Part shown: positions 1 to 8,555 of the stretch, piece after piece
How the letters are laid out: each line of letters starts with the position of its first letter
How positions within the stretch are numbered: position 1 is the first letter of the stretch
Assembly: GCA_045647945.1 (NCBI GenBank)
Contig: JAZRNA010000028.1
Span: 1 to 45,569 of the forward strand
Length of the DNA: 45,569 bases
Direction of reading: 5' to 3'
DNA from: Clostridia bacterium
GTDB lineage: Bacteria; Bacillota; Clostridia; Monoglobales; Monoglobaceae
Made by a program: the position numbers and the translations under genes
The notes under the pieces: generated by a model
Database searches by the model: none
Seen by the model: the letters and a program-made list of their open reading frames with translations, nothing else
What the model was told of the DNA's origin: nothing

Positions 1-53
1 AAATGGCATAAAAGGTTTATATTTTAAGTATTTTAACATCCTATGACATTATC

Positions 54-69
54 ATGTTGTATACAACAT
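54..69. promoter_or_regulatory. Perfect 16-bp palindrome ATGTTGTATACAACAT upstream of spo0A, a possible operator
   Basis: Read directly: ATGTTGTA/TACAACAT is self-complementary. It lies about 70 bp upstream of the -35 of the spo0A promoter. The binding factor is unknown. Confidence 0.3.
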
Positions 70-137
70 ATTGTGACAATTGATGACAGGCACCACTATA
101 TCTAATAAAAATTTTGGAAAAAAGTGGAAAAAAGTAC

Positions 138-166
138 TTGACAAATTTGTTGCACATGGTTATAAT
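138..166 (+). promoter_or_regulatory. Sigma-A type promoter for spo0A
   Basis: TTGACA (138-143), a 17-nt spacer, then TATAAT (161-166). Both hexamers match consensus. It sits about 45 nt upstream of the spo0A RBS AAAGGAG. Confidence 0.6.
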
Positions 167-208
167 CTAACTGTAATTGGAAAATTTTAGAAAAAAGGAG
201 CAAAAAAT

Positions 209-1012
209 ATGGAAAAACAGATTAATGTACTAATTGCAGATGCTGACATAGAATATGCAGAAGTTTTAAGCCATAGTCTTTCGGCAGATTTTAAAATCAA
301 TGTGTGTGATATAGTGAGCAACGGATATCAGGTTATTGAAAAGGTGGATATACTAAAACCAGATGTAGTCATAATGGACGTGGTGTTGCCCAATATTGAT
401 GGTATAGGAATTCTTGAAAGATTCAAGAACAAGAAAAGGGAATTTGAAAACTTCCGCATGCCCAAAATTATCGTTTTGTCTACATTCAAACAGGACAGAA
501 CTGCTCAGGATTGCATAAACTTAGGTGCAAGTTATTATATGGTAAAACCAATAGGCAGTGATAATTTACGCAACACAATCAAACGTCTCTGTGACATAGG
601 TGAGGACAAGAAAGCCAGTATGAGTTTGAGCAAAAAGTACACATCGGACGAACATATTGATGTTGAGACTATGGTTACCGAAATTATTCACGAAATAGGT
701 ATTCCTGCACATATCAAAGGTTATCAGTATCTTCGTCATGCAATAATGCTTGTTATAGATAATCTGGATGTAATCAATTCCATAACAAAAACTCTTTATC
801 CCACAGTTGCACAGGACTTCCGCACAACCCCAAGCCGTGTTGAAAGGGCGATACGTCATGCGATAGAGGTCGCATGGGACAGAGGTGACACAGATGTTCT
901 GGATTCCATATTTGGTTATACTATCGCAACATCAAAGGGCAAGCCTACCAACTCAGAATTTATAGCAATGATTGCAGACCGCTTGAGATTGCAAATAAAG
1001 AATGCAAGCTAA
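209..1012 (+). CDS. spo0A: Sporulation master response regulator Spo0A
   Basis: N-terminal receiver domain (VLIADAD...[10 protein letters not shown]). C-terminal Spo0A-specific DNA-binding domain ([37 protein letters not shown]). AAGGAG-type RBS. Confidence 0.95.
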   Translation: MEKQINVLIADADIEYAEVLSHSLSADFKINVCDIVSNGYQVIEKVDILKPDVVIMDVVLPNIDGIGILERFKNKKREFENFRMPKIIVLSTFKQDRTAQDCINLGASYYMVKPIGSDNLRNTIKRLCDIGEDKKASMSLSKKYTSDEHIDVETMVTEIIHEIGIPAHIKGYQYLRHAIMLVIDNLDVINSITKTLYPTVAQDFRTTPSRVERAIRHAIEVAWDRGDTDVLDSIFGYTIATSKGKPTNSEFIAMIADRLRLQIKNAS

Positions 1013-1020
1013 GAAAACTT

Positions 1021-1054
1021 AAAAAAACCCCGGCACAATCTGTGTCGGGGTTTT
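1021..1054. terminator. Bidirectional rho-independent terminator between spo0A and the convergent lysR-type gene
   Basis: An A7 run, the stem CCCCGGCACA/TGTGTCGGGG (one G-U pair), then TTTT. Confidence 0.8.
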
Positions 1055-1056
1055 AG

Positions 1057-1938
1057 TTATGCTACAATGCCAATAAGGTTCAAAAACGCTTTTGCAGCCA
1101 GAGACAACGAGCCATCATCCATGTATGCACAGCCGATACTGCGGGGTGGCAGAGGTTTGTCAAGGCTAAGGGGGTTGATTAATCCGTTATCAAGGGCTTC
1201 CTGTGAAAATTCTTTCACTACGCAGGCGACCCCAAGATGAATGGATGCAAACCTGATAAGCAAATCATATGCGGCAAGCTCGATTTGAGGGATAAGCTCA
1301 ATTTGGTTTTTTCTGAAAGTTCTGTCTAAAAACCGTCTTGAAGAAGAATTTTTTTCCAGAAGAATAAGAGGAAGTTGAGCAATCTCTGAACGTGAGTAGC
1401 TGGGTTTCGCTTTGAAATCCGGACCGGATACAAAGATATCATGTATCTCAAGGCAGGGTTTTATACACAATTCATCGTCGATGACAGGGAGGTTTACAAA
1501 AGCTAAATCTGCTTTGCCTTGTTTTACAAGCCACAGCATTTGAGATGAGTATGAATTGGACATCTCAATGCGTACACCGGGATAGGTTTCGTGGAATTTT
1601 TCCAAATATGGCATTAAAAAATGTGAGGTTATGGTATCCCCTGCAGCTATGGTCAAAGCACCGCTTTCAATATGTTGCAAGCGTTCAACCAGGGATTCGC
1701 CTTGTTCAATAGCTTGCATTGCAGTTTCAATCTTCTGGAACAATAATTCTCCCTCTTTTGTAAGGGTCGCACCCTTGCGTGAACGTACAAACAACTGAAT
1801 GTCTAAATCCTGCTCAAGCTGTCTTATGCATTGAGATATGGCAGATTGGGAAATATATAAATGCTGTGCAGCTGCAGAAAAGGATGCAAAACGGGCTGTT
1901 TCGTAGAAAATCCGGTAATAATCAAGTTTTGTTTTCAT
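1057..1938 (-). CDS. LysR-family transcriptional regulator
   Basis: Starts at the internal Met: MKTKLDYYRIFYETARFASFSAAAQHLYISQSAISQCIRQLEQDL (LysR helix-turn-helix) plus a substrate-binding domain. The ORF-track extension to 2193 overlaps the divergent gene and has no RBS. AGGAGC lies upstream of ATG 1938. Confidence 0.9.
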   Translation of the reverse strand: MKTKLDYYRIFYETARFASFSAAAQHLYISQSAISQCIRQLEQDLDIQLFVRSRKGATLTKEGELLFQKIETAMQAIEQGESLVERLQHIESGALTIAAGDTITSHFLMPYLEKFHETYPGVRIEMSNSYSSQMLWLVKQGKADLAFVNLPVIDDELCIKPCLEIHDIFVSGPDFKAKPSYSRSEIAQLPLILLEKNSSSRRFLDRTFRKNQIELIPQIELAAYDLLIRFASIHLGVACVVKEFSQEALDNGLINPLSLDKPLPPRSIGCAYMDDGSLSLAAKAFLNLIGIVA

Positions 1939-2044
1939 ATAAGCGCTCCTTATCACTGTAGTAAGTTTTATCTGCTTTACTAATATATATATTTGTATTA
2001 TAATTATAATGTAACAAAAAGTCAAGAACGGAGAGGATATTTCT

Positions 2045-3235
2045 ATGGCAAGAAAAGTAGGAACTATTTCCAGAGGTATAAGATGCCCCATTATCCGTGA
2101 GGGTGATGATATGGCGGCAATCGTAGTAAACAGTGTTATAGAGGCAGCAGAGGCGGAGGGATTTGAACTTCGCGACAGAGATGTTGTTGCCATAACCGAG
2201 TCGGTTGTTGCACGTTCTCAGGGCAACTATGCGTCTGTTGATGCTATTGCAGAAGATGTTAAGAATAAATTGGGTGGAGAGACAATCGGTGTAATCTTCC
2301 CCATACTCAGCCGAAACAGATTTGCTATATGCCTGCGTGGTATTGCAAAAGGCGTAAAAAAGATTGTTCTTATGCTTAATTATCCCAGTGATGAGGTTGG
2401 CAATGCACTTGTATCACTTGACCAGTTGGATGAAGCGGGAATCAATCCCTATTCTGATGTTCTGACCGAAGAAAAATATCGCGAACTCTTTGGCGAAAAT
2501 CCCCATCCTTTCACAGGTGTGGACTATATAAAGTATTATGGCGATTTGATTCGTTCCTGTGGTGCAGAGGCGGAAATCATTCTGGCAAATGACCCCAGGG
2601 TTATCCTTAGATATACAGACAGCGTGCTTAACTGTGATATACACAGCAGAGCTCGCACAAAGCGTATCTTGAAAGATGCCGGTGCTAAATGTGTTGTGGG
2701 TCTTGATGAAATACTGACTCAGCCGGTTAATGGCAGCGGATATAATTCCAAGTACGGTCTTTTGGGTTCAAATAAATCTACAGAGGATGCAATCAAACTG
2801 TTCCCCAATGAATGTTTTGATATGGTAAATGATATCCAAAAACAATTCCTTGAACGCACAGGAAAGCATATGGAAGTTATGGTTTATGGTGATGGTGCAT
2901 TCAGAGACCCGGTGGGCAAAATCTGGGAGCTTGCAGACCCAGTTGTGTCACCTGCTTATACCAAAGGTCTTGAGGGAACACCAAATGAGCTTAAGCTCAA
3001 ATACCTTGCAGACAATGATTTTGCTGATTTGAAAGGCGAGGAACTTAAAAAAGCAATCGAGACAGCAATTCGCGAAAAGGATAACGATTTGGTGGGCAAT
3101 ATGGCATCTCAGGGAACAACACCACGTCGTCTGACAGACTTGATTGGTTCACTTTGCGACCTTACAAGCGGCTCCGGCGACAAGGGAACACCCATAGTTC
3201 TGGTACAAGGATATTTTGACAACCTTACAGACTAA
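2045..3235 (+). CDS. CofE-like (F420-0:gamma-glutamyl ligase family) protein of unknown role
   Basis: The N-terminus (RGIRCPIIREGDD.AAIV...DRDVVAITESVVARSQGN) resembles the CofE/FbiB ligase fold as I recall it. 396 aa with a GGAGAGGA RBS. Family assignment is from memory only. Confidence 0.55.
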   Translation: MARKVGTISRGIRCPIIREGDDMAAIVVNSVIEAAEAEGFELRDRDVVAITESVVARSQGNYASVDAIAEDVKNKLGGETIGVIFPILSRNRFAICLRGIAKGVKKIVLMLNYPSDEVGNALVSLDQLDEAGINPYSDVLTEEKYRELFGENPHPFTGVDYIKYYGDLIRSCGAEAEIILANDPRVILRYTDSVLNCDIHSRARTKRILKDAGAKCVVGLDEILTQPVNGSGYNSKYGLLGSNKSTEDAIKLFPNECFDMVNDIQKQFLERTGKHMEVMVYGDGAFRDPVGKIWELADPVVSPAYTKGLEGTPNELKLKYLADNDFADLKGEELKKAIETAIREKDNDLVGNMASQGTTPRRLTDLIGSLCDLTSGSGDKGTPIVLVQGYFDNLTD

Positions 3236-3250
3236 AATTACAGTGTTTAA

Positions 3251-3287
3251 AATGGCAATATCTGATTGTAGATGTTGCCATTTTTTG
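3251..3287 (+). terminator. Rho-independent terminator after the CofE-like gene
   Basis: Stem AATGGCAA...TTGCCATT followed by a T6 run. A TTGCCA-N17-TGgTATAAT promoter (3275-3303) overlaps its 3' arm. Confidence 0.7.
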
Positions 3288-3420
3288 TTTGGTGTGGTAT
3301 AATGTCGAGATAAGAGTGAGCTATGAGTTTTATGGTCAGAAATAGGTGATGTTAAAGTCGTTTAGGAAACATAAAATATATTATATCGAATAATAGCAAA
3401 ATTTTAAAAGGAGAAACTAT

Positions 3421-3612
3421 ATGAAAAAGAAATTATTCAAATCAAAAACAGACAAAAAGCTTTGTGGAGTATGTGGAGGTGTTGCAGCATATTTTGATAT
3501 TGATTCTACGTTGGTGCGACTTGCATGGGTTGTATTTACGCTTTTGGGTGGGTCTGGTATTTTGGCGTACATAATTGCGGCGATTGTTATGCCTGCACAA
3601 AGCGAATATTGA
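3421..3612 (+). CDS. PspC-domain membrane protein
   Basis: [45 protein letters not shown] is a typical PspC domain. AAGGAG RBS. Confidence 0.8.
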   Translation: MKKKLFKSKTDKKLCGVCGGVAAYFDIDSTLVRLAWVVFTLLGGSGILAYIIAAIVMPAQSEY

Positions 3613-3780
3613 TTAAATAACTCATCCGGATAACATCTATAAATTAGCAATAACACAAAGAGACGATTATATTTCATTGTTAAATATATTAAATTTTTTG
3701 TAAGCTCTTGACATAAGCATATTTTAAAAGGTAAAATGGTTAAGAAGTAAAAAAAATGGAAAAACTATGCGGAGGTAAAA

Positions 3781-4869
3781 ATGAAATATTCTAAACAATT
3801 TGAAGAAAAAAAATCAGTTCTGCAGAGCAAGACGGTTTCTGTTGGTTTTGATGGGTTTGTAGACTTGGTAATCAGACCAGTTAAGACACGCACAGATGAG
3901 AAAACCTGTACATATTTTCCCACTATTGACCAGTTTGGTGAAAAAATTACAAGTCTTGCAGGTAGGAGCGGTAATATTGAATTAATAATAAACAGCACAG
4001 ACTTTGGCGGTTGTGGACCACACTATGCAAATGGACTTGCCAATATGGGTGTGGGTTGTACATGTGTAGGTGCTATGGGTTATCCTGAAAAAAATGCAGT
4101 ATTTAACCTTAATCCCAACTGCAAAACCATAAGCGTCAGTGAACCGGGTTATTCATATGTTTTTGAGTTCGGTGACGGCAAAATAATAATGAGTGATGTT
4201 GAAAAAATCAGCCAGCTCAGATGGAACGACCTGATTGAACGTATAAGTATTGATGAATTGGTTGAAATATTTGATTCAGCAGACATTATTACTTTGGTTA
4301 ACTGGAGTTATCTTGTACACTTTCATGAGATATATGAACAGTTTTTAGAAAAAATCATGCCCAGGCTCAGCAAAAAGGAAAGAAAAATATATATTGATAT
4401 TGCTGACTGTGCTAAGCGTCAGCCAGAAGAAATAAAGGCGGCGCTTAAGATGTTTGGTCGTTACAGTCAGTATGCACCAACCTATCTGGGACTCAATAAA
4501 ACCGAGGCTATGATTATGCATTCAATTTTGTGCGAGGGTGAATATGATGGTTCTATTACTGTTGCAAGGGCGATTAAGGAATATTCAGGCATTGGCACAG
4601 TTGTGATTCATCCGGTGGACAGCTCTGCTGCGGTATTTGACGGTGGAGAGATAGAGGTTCAGGGGATTCTTTGCGAAAAACCCAAGAAGACAACAGGTGG
4701 CGGAGACAACTTTAACTCCGGATTCTGTGCAGGACTTTTGGCGGGATTGGATATAAAGAGTTGTTTGATAAGCGGTATGACCACATCATATCTTTATGTT
4801 AAGAATGGAAAGTGCAATAGCTTTGAGGACATATGCGAGGCTATGAAGATGTATGATGACCGCGATTGA
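3781..4869 (+). CDS. Ribokinase-superfamily (PfkB-like) sugar kinase, atypical
   Basis: C-terminal TTGGGDNFNSGFCAGLLAG matches the anion-hole/catalytic-Asp motif of ribokinase-fold kinases. The rest is divergent and the substrate is unknown. Confidence 0.55.
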   Translation: MKYSKQFEEKKSVLQSKTVSVGFDGFVDLVIRPVKTRTDEKTCTYFPTIDQFGEKITSLAGRSGNIELIINSTDFGGCGPHYANGLANMGVGCTCVGAMGYPEKNAVFNLNPNCKTISVSEPGYSYVFEFGDGKIIMSDVEKISQLRWNDLIERISIDELVEIFDSADIITLVNWSYLVHFHEIYEQFLEKIMPRLSKKERKIYIDIADCAKRQPEEIKAALKMFGRYSQYAPTYLGLNKTEAMIMHSILCEGEYDGSITVARAIKEYSGIGTVVIHPVDSSAAVFDGGEIEVQGILCEKPKKTTGGGDNFNSGFCAGLLAGLDIKSCLISGMTTSYLYVKNGKCNSFEDICEAMKMYDDRD

Positions 4870-4895
4870 TTGAAAAGTGCTGTGGGAGAAGATAT

Positions 4896-5825
4896 ATGAA
4901 AGTGTTAACAATTACACTTAACCCTGCATTTGATATGCATTGTAATATTGAGAATCTGCAATTATATAAAGAAAATTATGTAACCTCTTTCATGAAACAT
5001 GCAGGGGGAAAAGGAATCAATATTTCACGTGCGTTAACCGGATTTGGAGTCGAAAATACGGCCGTGTGTGTCTTGGGGGATTCCGGTGGACAAGAGTTCC
5101 TAAGGCTTTTGCAGGAGGATGCAATTTGTTGCAAGCACATAATGACAGAGGGCAGAATAAGGGAAAACATAACAATTCATTCCTGCGGCAGGGAAACCAG
5201 AATAAGTTTTGAAGGTTTTGAAATAAACAAAAAGATTTTTGATGACCTGTATGAGATTGTTAAAGGGCATCAGTGTGACGATTTTGTGGTTACATTTACG
5301 GGTAGACTATGCAAAGGTATATCCAATACGGAGGCTGGTGATTTTCTTAAGAAAATCAAAACTCTTGGTGCAAAACTGATTGTTGATTGCAATTCGTTCA
5401 CCATTGAGGAACTCACAGAAATCAGTCCCTATCTTATAAAACCCAACGAACAGGAAATTTCACAGCTCTTGGGGTGTGAGGTTAAAACAGAGGACGAAGC
5501 TTTTGCTGCAGCTCGGAGATTGTGCAACTCATGTATAGAAAATGTTATAGTTTCGCTGGGGTCTAAAGGATTTGTTTTTTGCAGCAAAAACAGTAAATTA
5601 AGAATAAAGGTTCCTGAAATAGTACCGGTTTCAACAATAGGAGCAGGGGACAGTCTCATTGCAGGATTTATTGCAGGAATTTCAGGCGGCAGAAATATGG
5701 CAGATGCTCTGAAACTTGCTGCATCCTTTGGAACTGCAGCTTGCCTGACGGAGGGAACAAACCCTCCATGCAAGAGTGACATTCTTGCTGTTGAAAAAGA
5801 AGTCATTGTTGAAGAAATAGCATGA
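4896..5825 (+). CDS. 1-phosphofructokinase family hexose kinase (FruK/LacC/PfkB)
   Basis: MKVLTITLNPAFD, GGKGINISRAL and GAGDSLIAGFIAG motifs. Start placed at ATG 4896, which follows GGGAGA, rather than at the track's TTG 4866. Confidence 0.8.
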   Translation: MKVLTITLNPAFDMHCNIENLQLYKENYVTSFMKHAGGKGINISRALTGFGVENTAVCVLGDSGGQEFLRLLQEDAICCKHIMTEGRIRENITIHSCGRETRISFEGFEINKKIFDDLYEIVKGHQCDDFVVTFTGRLCKGISNTEAGDFLKKIKTLGAKLIVDCNSFTIEELTEISPYLIKPNEQEISQLLGCEVKTEDEAFAAARRLCNSCIENVIVSLGSKGFVFCSKNSKLRIKVPEIVPVSTIGAGDSLIAGFIAGISGGRNMADALKLAASFGTAACLTEGTNPPCKSDILAVEKEVIVEEIA

Positions 5826-5885
5826 TGGGAATGATACGTCTTTATCTGGGGCAGACTTTGCCCGGAGGCTTTTAAAGGATAAAAC

Positions 5886-5922
5886 AAAAAGGACTTATGC
5901 CATTGAGCATAAGTCCTTTTTT
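5886..5922. terminator. Bidirectional terminator between the kinase gene and convergent galM
   Basis: An A5 run, the stem GGACTTATGC/GCATAAGTCC with a 6-nt loop, then T6. Confidence 0.8.
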
Positions 5923-5923
5923 G

Positions 5924-6955
5924 CTATTTTGAAAATTTATATTCGGTTGTTGTATCGTACTTTTCACCTTTTTTAAGAATAGGTGATGTGAAGTGAGGAA
6001 TGTTGATTGCGTTGGGGAAGTACTGAGTTTCAAGACACATGCCTGCATATTTACCATATTCGGCTCCGTTTTTGTAGGAATCACCTTTTTCGAGGAAGTT
6101 TCCTGTATAAATCTGAACACCTGGCAGGTCGGTGTACATATCCATCTGTATGCCAGTTTTGTCACCTTTCAGTGTTGCTGCATGACGAAAACCCATTCCG
6201 TCAAGAACAAAGTTGTGGTCTATGCCGTTTTCTACTATTACAATTTGCTCGAAATCCGAGTCAAGAGCTATGCCAACAGCCTTTTCTTCAGTAAAGTCCA
6301 TAGGCGTTTGTGTTACAGTAAGAATTTCACCCGAAGGAATTCCTTCGTTGTCAGAGGGAGTGAAGAAGTGACTGTTAAGTTTGAACATATGGTCATGAAT
6401 TGTGCCACTGTTGTCGCCATTGAGATTAAAGTAAGAGTGGTTTGTAAGATTCATAATAGTATCCTGATCGCAGGTCGCTTCGTAATGAATCTTAAGTGAG
6501 TTGTTGTTTGTGACGGTATATGTAACCTGAATTTTTGCTTCACCGGGGAAACCTTCGTCGCCGTCGGGACTTGTCAGGGAAAGAATCAAAGATGGTTCTT
6601 CATCATCAACGGGTTGTGCTGACCATACTTTTTTGCCAAAACCAATTATACCACCATGAAGATTTGCCTGATAATTATTTACTGCGAGTTTGTATATTTT
6701 GTCGTTTAATGCAAATTCAGCATTGGCAATTCTGTTGGAATTTCGGCCTACAAGAATACCGAAATTTTCGGGATTATCAAGATAACTGTCAATTTTGTTG
6801 TGTGCAAGAACAACATCTGTTCCGTCGAAAACAAGACGCTGAAGCACTCCACCAAAATTAAGAATTTCTGCAAACATACCGTTTTTGTTTTCAAGTTTGT
6901 AATTTGTTATTTTTTGTCCATGAATTTCTCCGAAAATCGATGTAGTTATACTCAT
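5924..6955 (-). CDS. galM: Aldose 1-epimerase (galactose mutarotase)
   Basis: 343 aa with the mutarotase pattern (NFGGVLQ, GRNSNRIANAEF, NNYQANLHGG, TNHSYFNL, MCLETQYFPNA). AAGGAG RBS. Confidence 0.9.
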   Translation of the reverse strand: MSITTSIFGEIHGQKITNYKLENKNGMFAEILNFGGVLQRLVFDGTDVVLAHNKIDSYLDNPENFGILVGRNSNRIANAEFALNDKIYKLAVNNYQANLHGGIIGFGKKVWSAQPVDDEEPSLILSLTSPDGDEGFPGEAKIQVTYTVTNNNSLKIHYEATCDQDTIMNLTNHSYFNLNGDNSGTIHDHMFKLNSHFFTPSDNEGIPSGEILTVTQTPMDFTEEKAVGIALDSDFEQIVIVENGIDHNFVLDGMGFRHAATLKGDKTGIQMDMYTDLPGVQIYTGNFLEKGDSYKNGAEYGKYAGMCLETQYFPNAINIPHFTSPILKKGEKYDTTTEYKFSK

Positions 6956-6968
6956 TTTTTATGCTCCT

Positions 6969-8090
6969 TTATTTAAAATATTGATATATATAGCATTTAA
7001 GCATGCCATTATAAACTTTTCTGCGTTTGTCGGCGAAGGTGCCGAAAAGAGGCTCAAATTTTTCATGTGATGTAAGAATGAACTTCTTTGCCTGGGGAAA
7101 TTCTGCAAACTTGCGGCCCATGGTTCGGTACAGTCTTTCGCACAATTTTGCATCCAGAAGCCTTTCACCGTATGGGGGGTTGCATATTATAACACCCTTG
7201 TCTTTGAATGGCTTGATGTTGGCTACGTCGCATACACTGAAACGTATTTTGTCTGCAACACCCGCATTTTCTGCGTTCTTTTTTGCAATTTCTATGGCCT
7301 CAGGGTCAATATCTGATGCATAAATCATGGTTTTCACGTCATGGTTTATATTTTCTTTTGCCTCGTCACGGGCGTCATTCCACATGGATTTTGGTATATG
7401 ATTTCGCCATGTTTCGGCAACAAATCTGCGGTTGATACCGGGAGCGGTATTGGTAGCATAGAGTGCTGCCTCAATGGGCAAAGTTCCGCTTCCACAGAAC
7501 GGGTCGAGAAACATTCTGTCACCACGCCAGAAACTTAAATCAATCATGGAATATGCCAATGTCTCACGCATGGGGGCAAGAACGCTTTTTTCGCGGTATC
7601 CGCGTTTGTAAAGGTTTTCGCCACTGGTATCAATGTAGATTGTGGCAATATCTTTTATGATAGAAAACTGTACGGGATAAAGGGGTCCTGTCTCCTCAAA
7701 ACGATTAATTCCGTAATGCTGTGACAGTCTTGTCACAATGGCTTTTTTGATGATTGCCTGACAGTCAGGAACACTGTGAAGAGTTGATTTAAGAGCATGG
7801 CCTTTCACCGGAAATGCAGCGTCTTTTTCAATAACGGATTCCCAGTTGATAAGTTTGATTTTTTCAAACAATTCATCAAAAGAGGTTGCCCTGAACTCTG
7901 CAAGTTTAATCATTATACGTTCAGCACTACGCAAGTTTATATTTGCAAGACATATTGCCTCTGCATCACCCTCAAAGGTGACGCTGCCGTCCTTTACCTC
8001 GGTGGTTTCGTAACCCAGATGCCTAACTTCGTTTGCAACAATTTGTTCTGTTCCTAGAAGAGTGGGTATTGTAAGAAGTAATCTTTTCAT
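6969..8090 (-). CDS. THUMP-domain class I SAM-dependent RNA methyltransferase (UPF0020/YpsC/RlmL-N like)
   Basis: N-terminal THUMP region, DPFCGSGTLPIEAA (SAM motif I) and a NPPYGERL catalytic motif. Confidence 0.85.
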   Translation of the reverse strand: MKRLLLTIPTLLGTEQIVANEVRHLGYETTEVKDGSVTFEGDAEAICLANINLRSAERIMIKLAEFRATSFDELFEKIKLINWESVIEKDAAFPVKGHALKSTLHSVPDCQAIIKKAIVTRLSQHYGINRFEETGPLYPVQFSIIKDIATIYIDTSGENLYKRGYREKSVLAPMRETLAYSMIDLSFWRGDRMFLDPFCGSGTLPIEAALYATNTAPGINRRFVAETWRNHIPKSMWNDARDEAKENINHDVKTMIYASDIDPEAIEIAKKNAENAGVADKIRFSVCDVANIKPFKDKGVIICNPPYGERLLDAKLCERLYRTMGRKFAEFPQAKKFILTSHEKFEPLFGTFADKRRKVYNGMLKCYIYQYFK

Positions 8091-8103
8091 TTTAATTTAC
8101 CTT

Positions 8104-8159
8104 TCTAACAAGATAAACTTATTATATCATTTCTGACAAGATAAACTTATTATATCATT
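8104..8159. repeat. Tandem duplication, 2 x 28 bp with 1 mismatch
   Basis: TCT[A/G]ACAAGATAAACTTATTATATCATT occurs at 8104-8131 and 8132-8159. On the minus strand each copy carries TGATATAAT (an extended -10) just upstream of the methyltransferase RBS. Confidence 0.9.
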
Positions 8160-8220
8160 GCAAAAGAAAAAAGTCAAATAAAAACCTCGAAAAATCAAGG
8201 AAAGAGGAGATCAACTGCTA

Positions 8221-8249
8221 TTGACAGTAAATACTTTGTGTGATATAAT
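8221..8249 (+). promoter_or_regulatory. Consensus sigma-A promoter driving SRP RNA
   Basis: TTGACA (8221-8226), a 17-nt spacer, then TATAAT (8244-8249). Confidence 0.7.
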
Positions 8250-8254
8250 ATTTT

Positions 8255-8510
8255 AGCTATGTTAAATTGGGGTGTTAGCGGTACCTTGTAACCCACAATC
8301 CGCTACAGTGGGGATGAAAACTTGAGCTGAGGGGCAAAGGTTGTCTTGGCTGCCTTAATTTGGTAGGCGTTGACGATTCGGTCCTGCGCAATTAAAACCT
8401 GTGAACCACGTCAGGGCAGGAATGCAGCAGCGTTAAGCAGTTCTTTTTGATGTGCCGCAGGGTTGCCGGGTTTGAGCATACCGGTTAAGTAACGGGGGTA
8501 GCTTTGCTTC
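8255..8510 (+). ncRNA. ffs: Signal recognition particle RNA (long Bacillus/Clostridium-type scRNA); ends approximate within about 15 nt
   Basis: GTCAGGGCAGGAATGCAGCAGC resembles the conserved domain IV motif (GUCAGGUCCGGAAGGAAGCAGC) with a GGAA tetraloop. There is no ORF. The position immediately upstream of dnaX matches B. subtilis scr-dnaX. 5' AGCTA and 3' TAGCT can close the molecule. Confidence 0.75.
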
Positions 8511-8555
8511 GAACTCAAGCACATGGCTTTTATTTTTAATTGCGAGGTGAAACAA

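Noticed and set aside
1939-2193. The ORF-track N-terminal extension of the LysR gene (378 aa version).
   Set aside because: The extension is low-complexity, has no RBS and overlaps the divergent CofE-like gene. The LysR helix-turn-helix begins right at the internal Met (1938), which has an AGGAGC RBS.
8104-8159. I considered the tandem repeat as a CRISPR or minisatellite array.
   Set aside because: There are only two directly adjacent copies with no spacers, and no cas genes are in the window.
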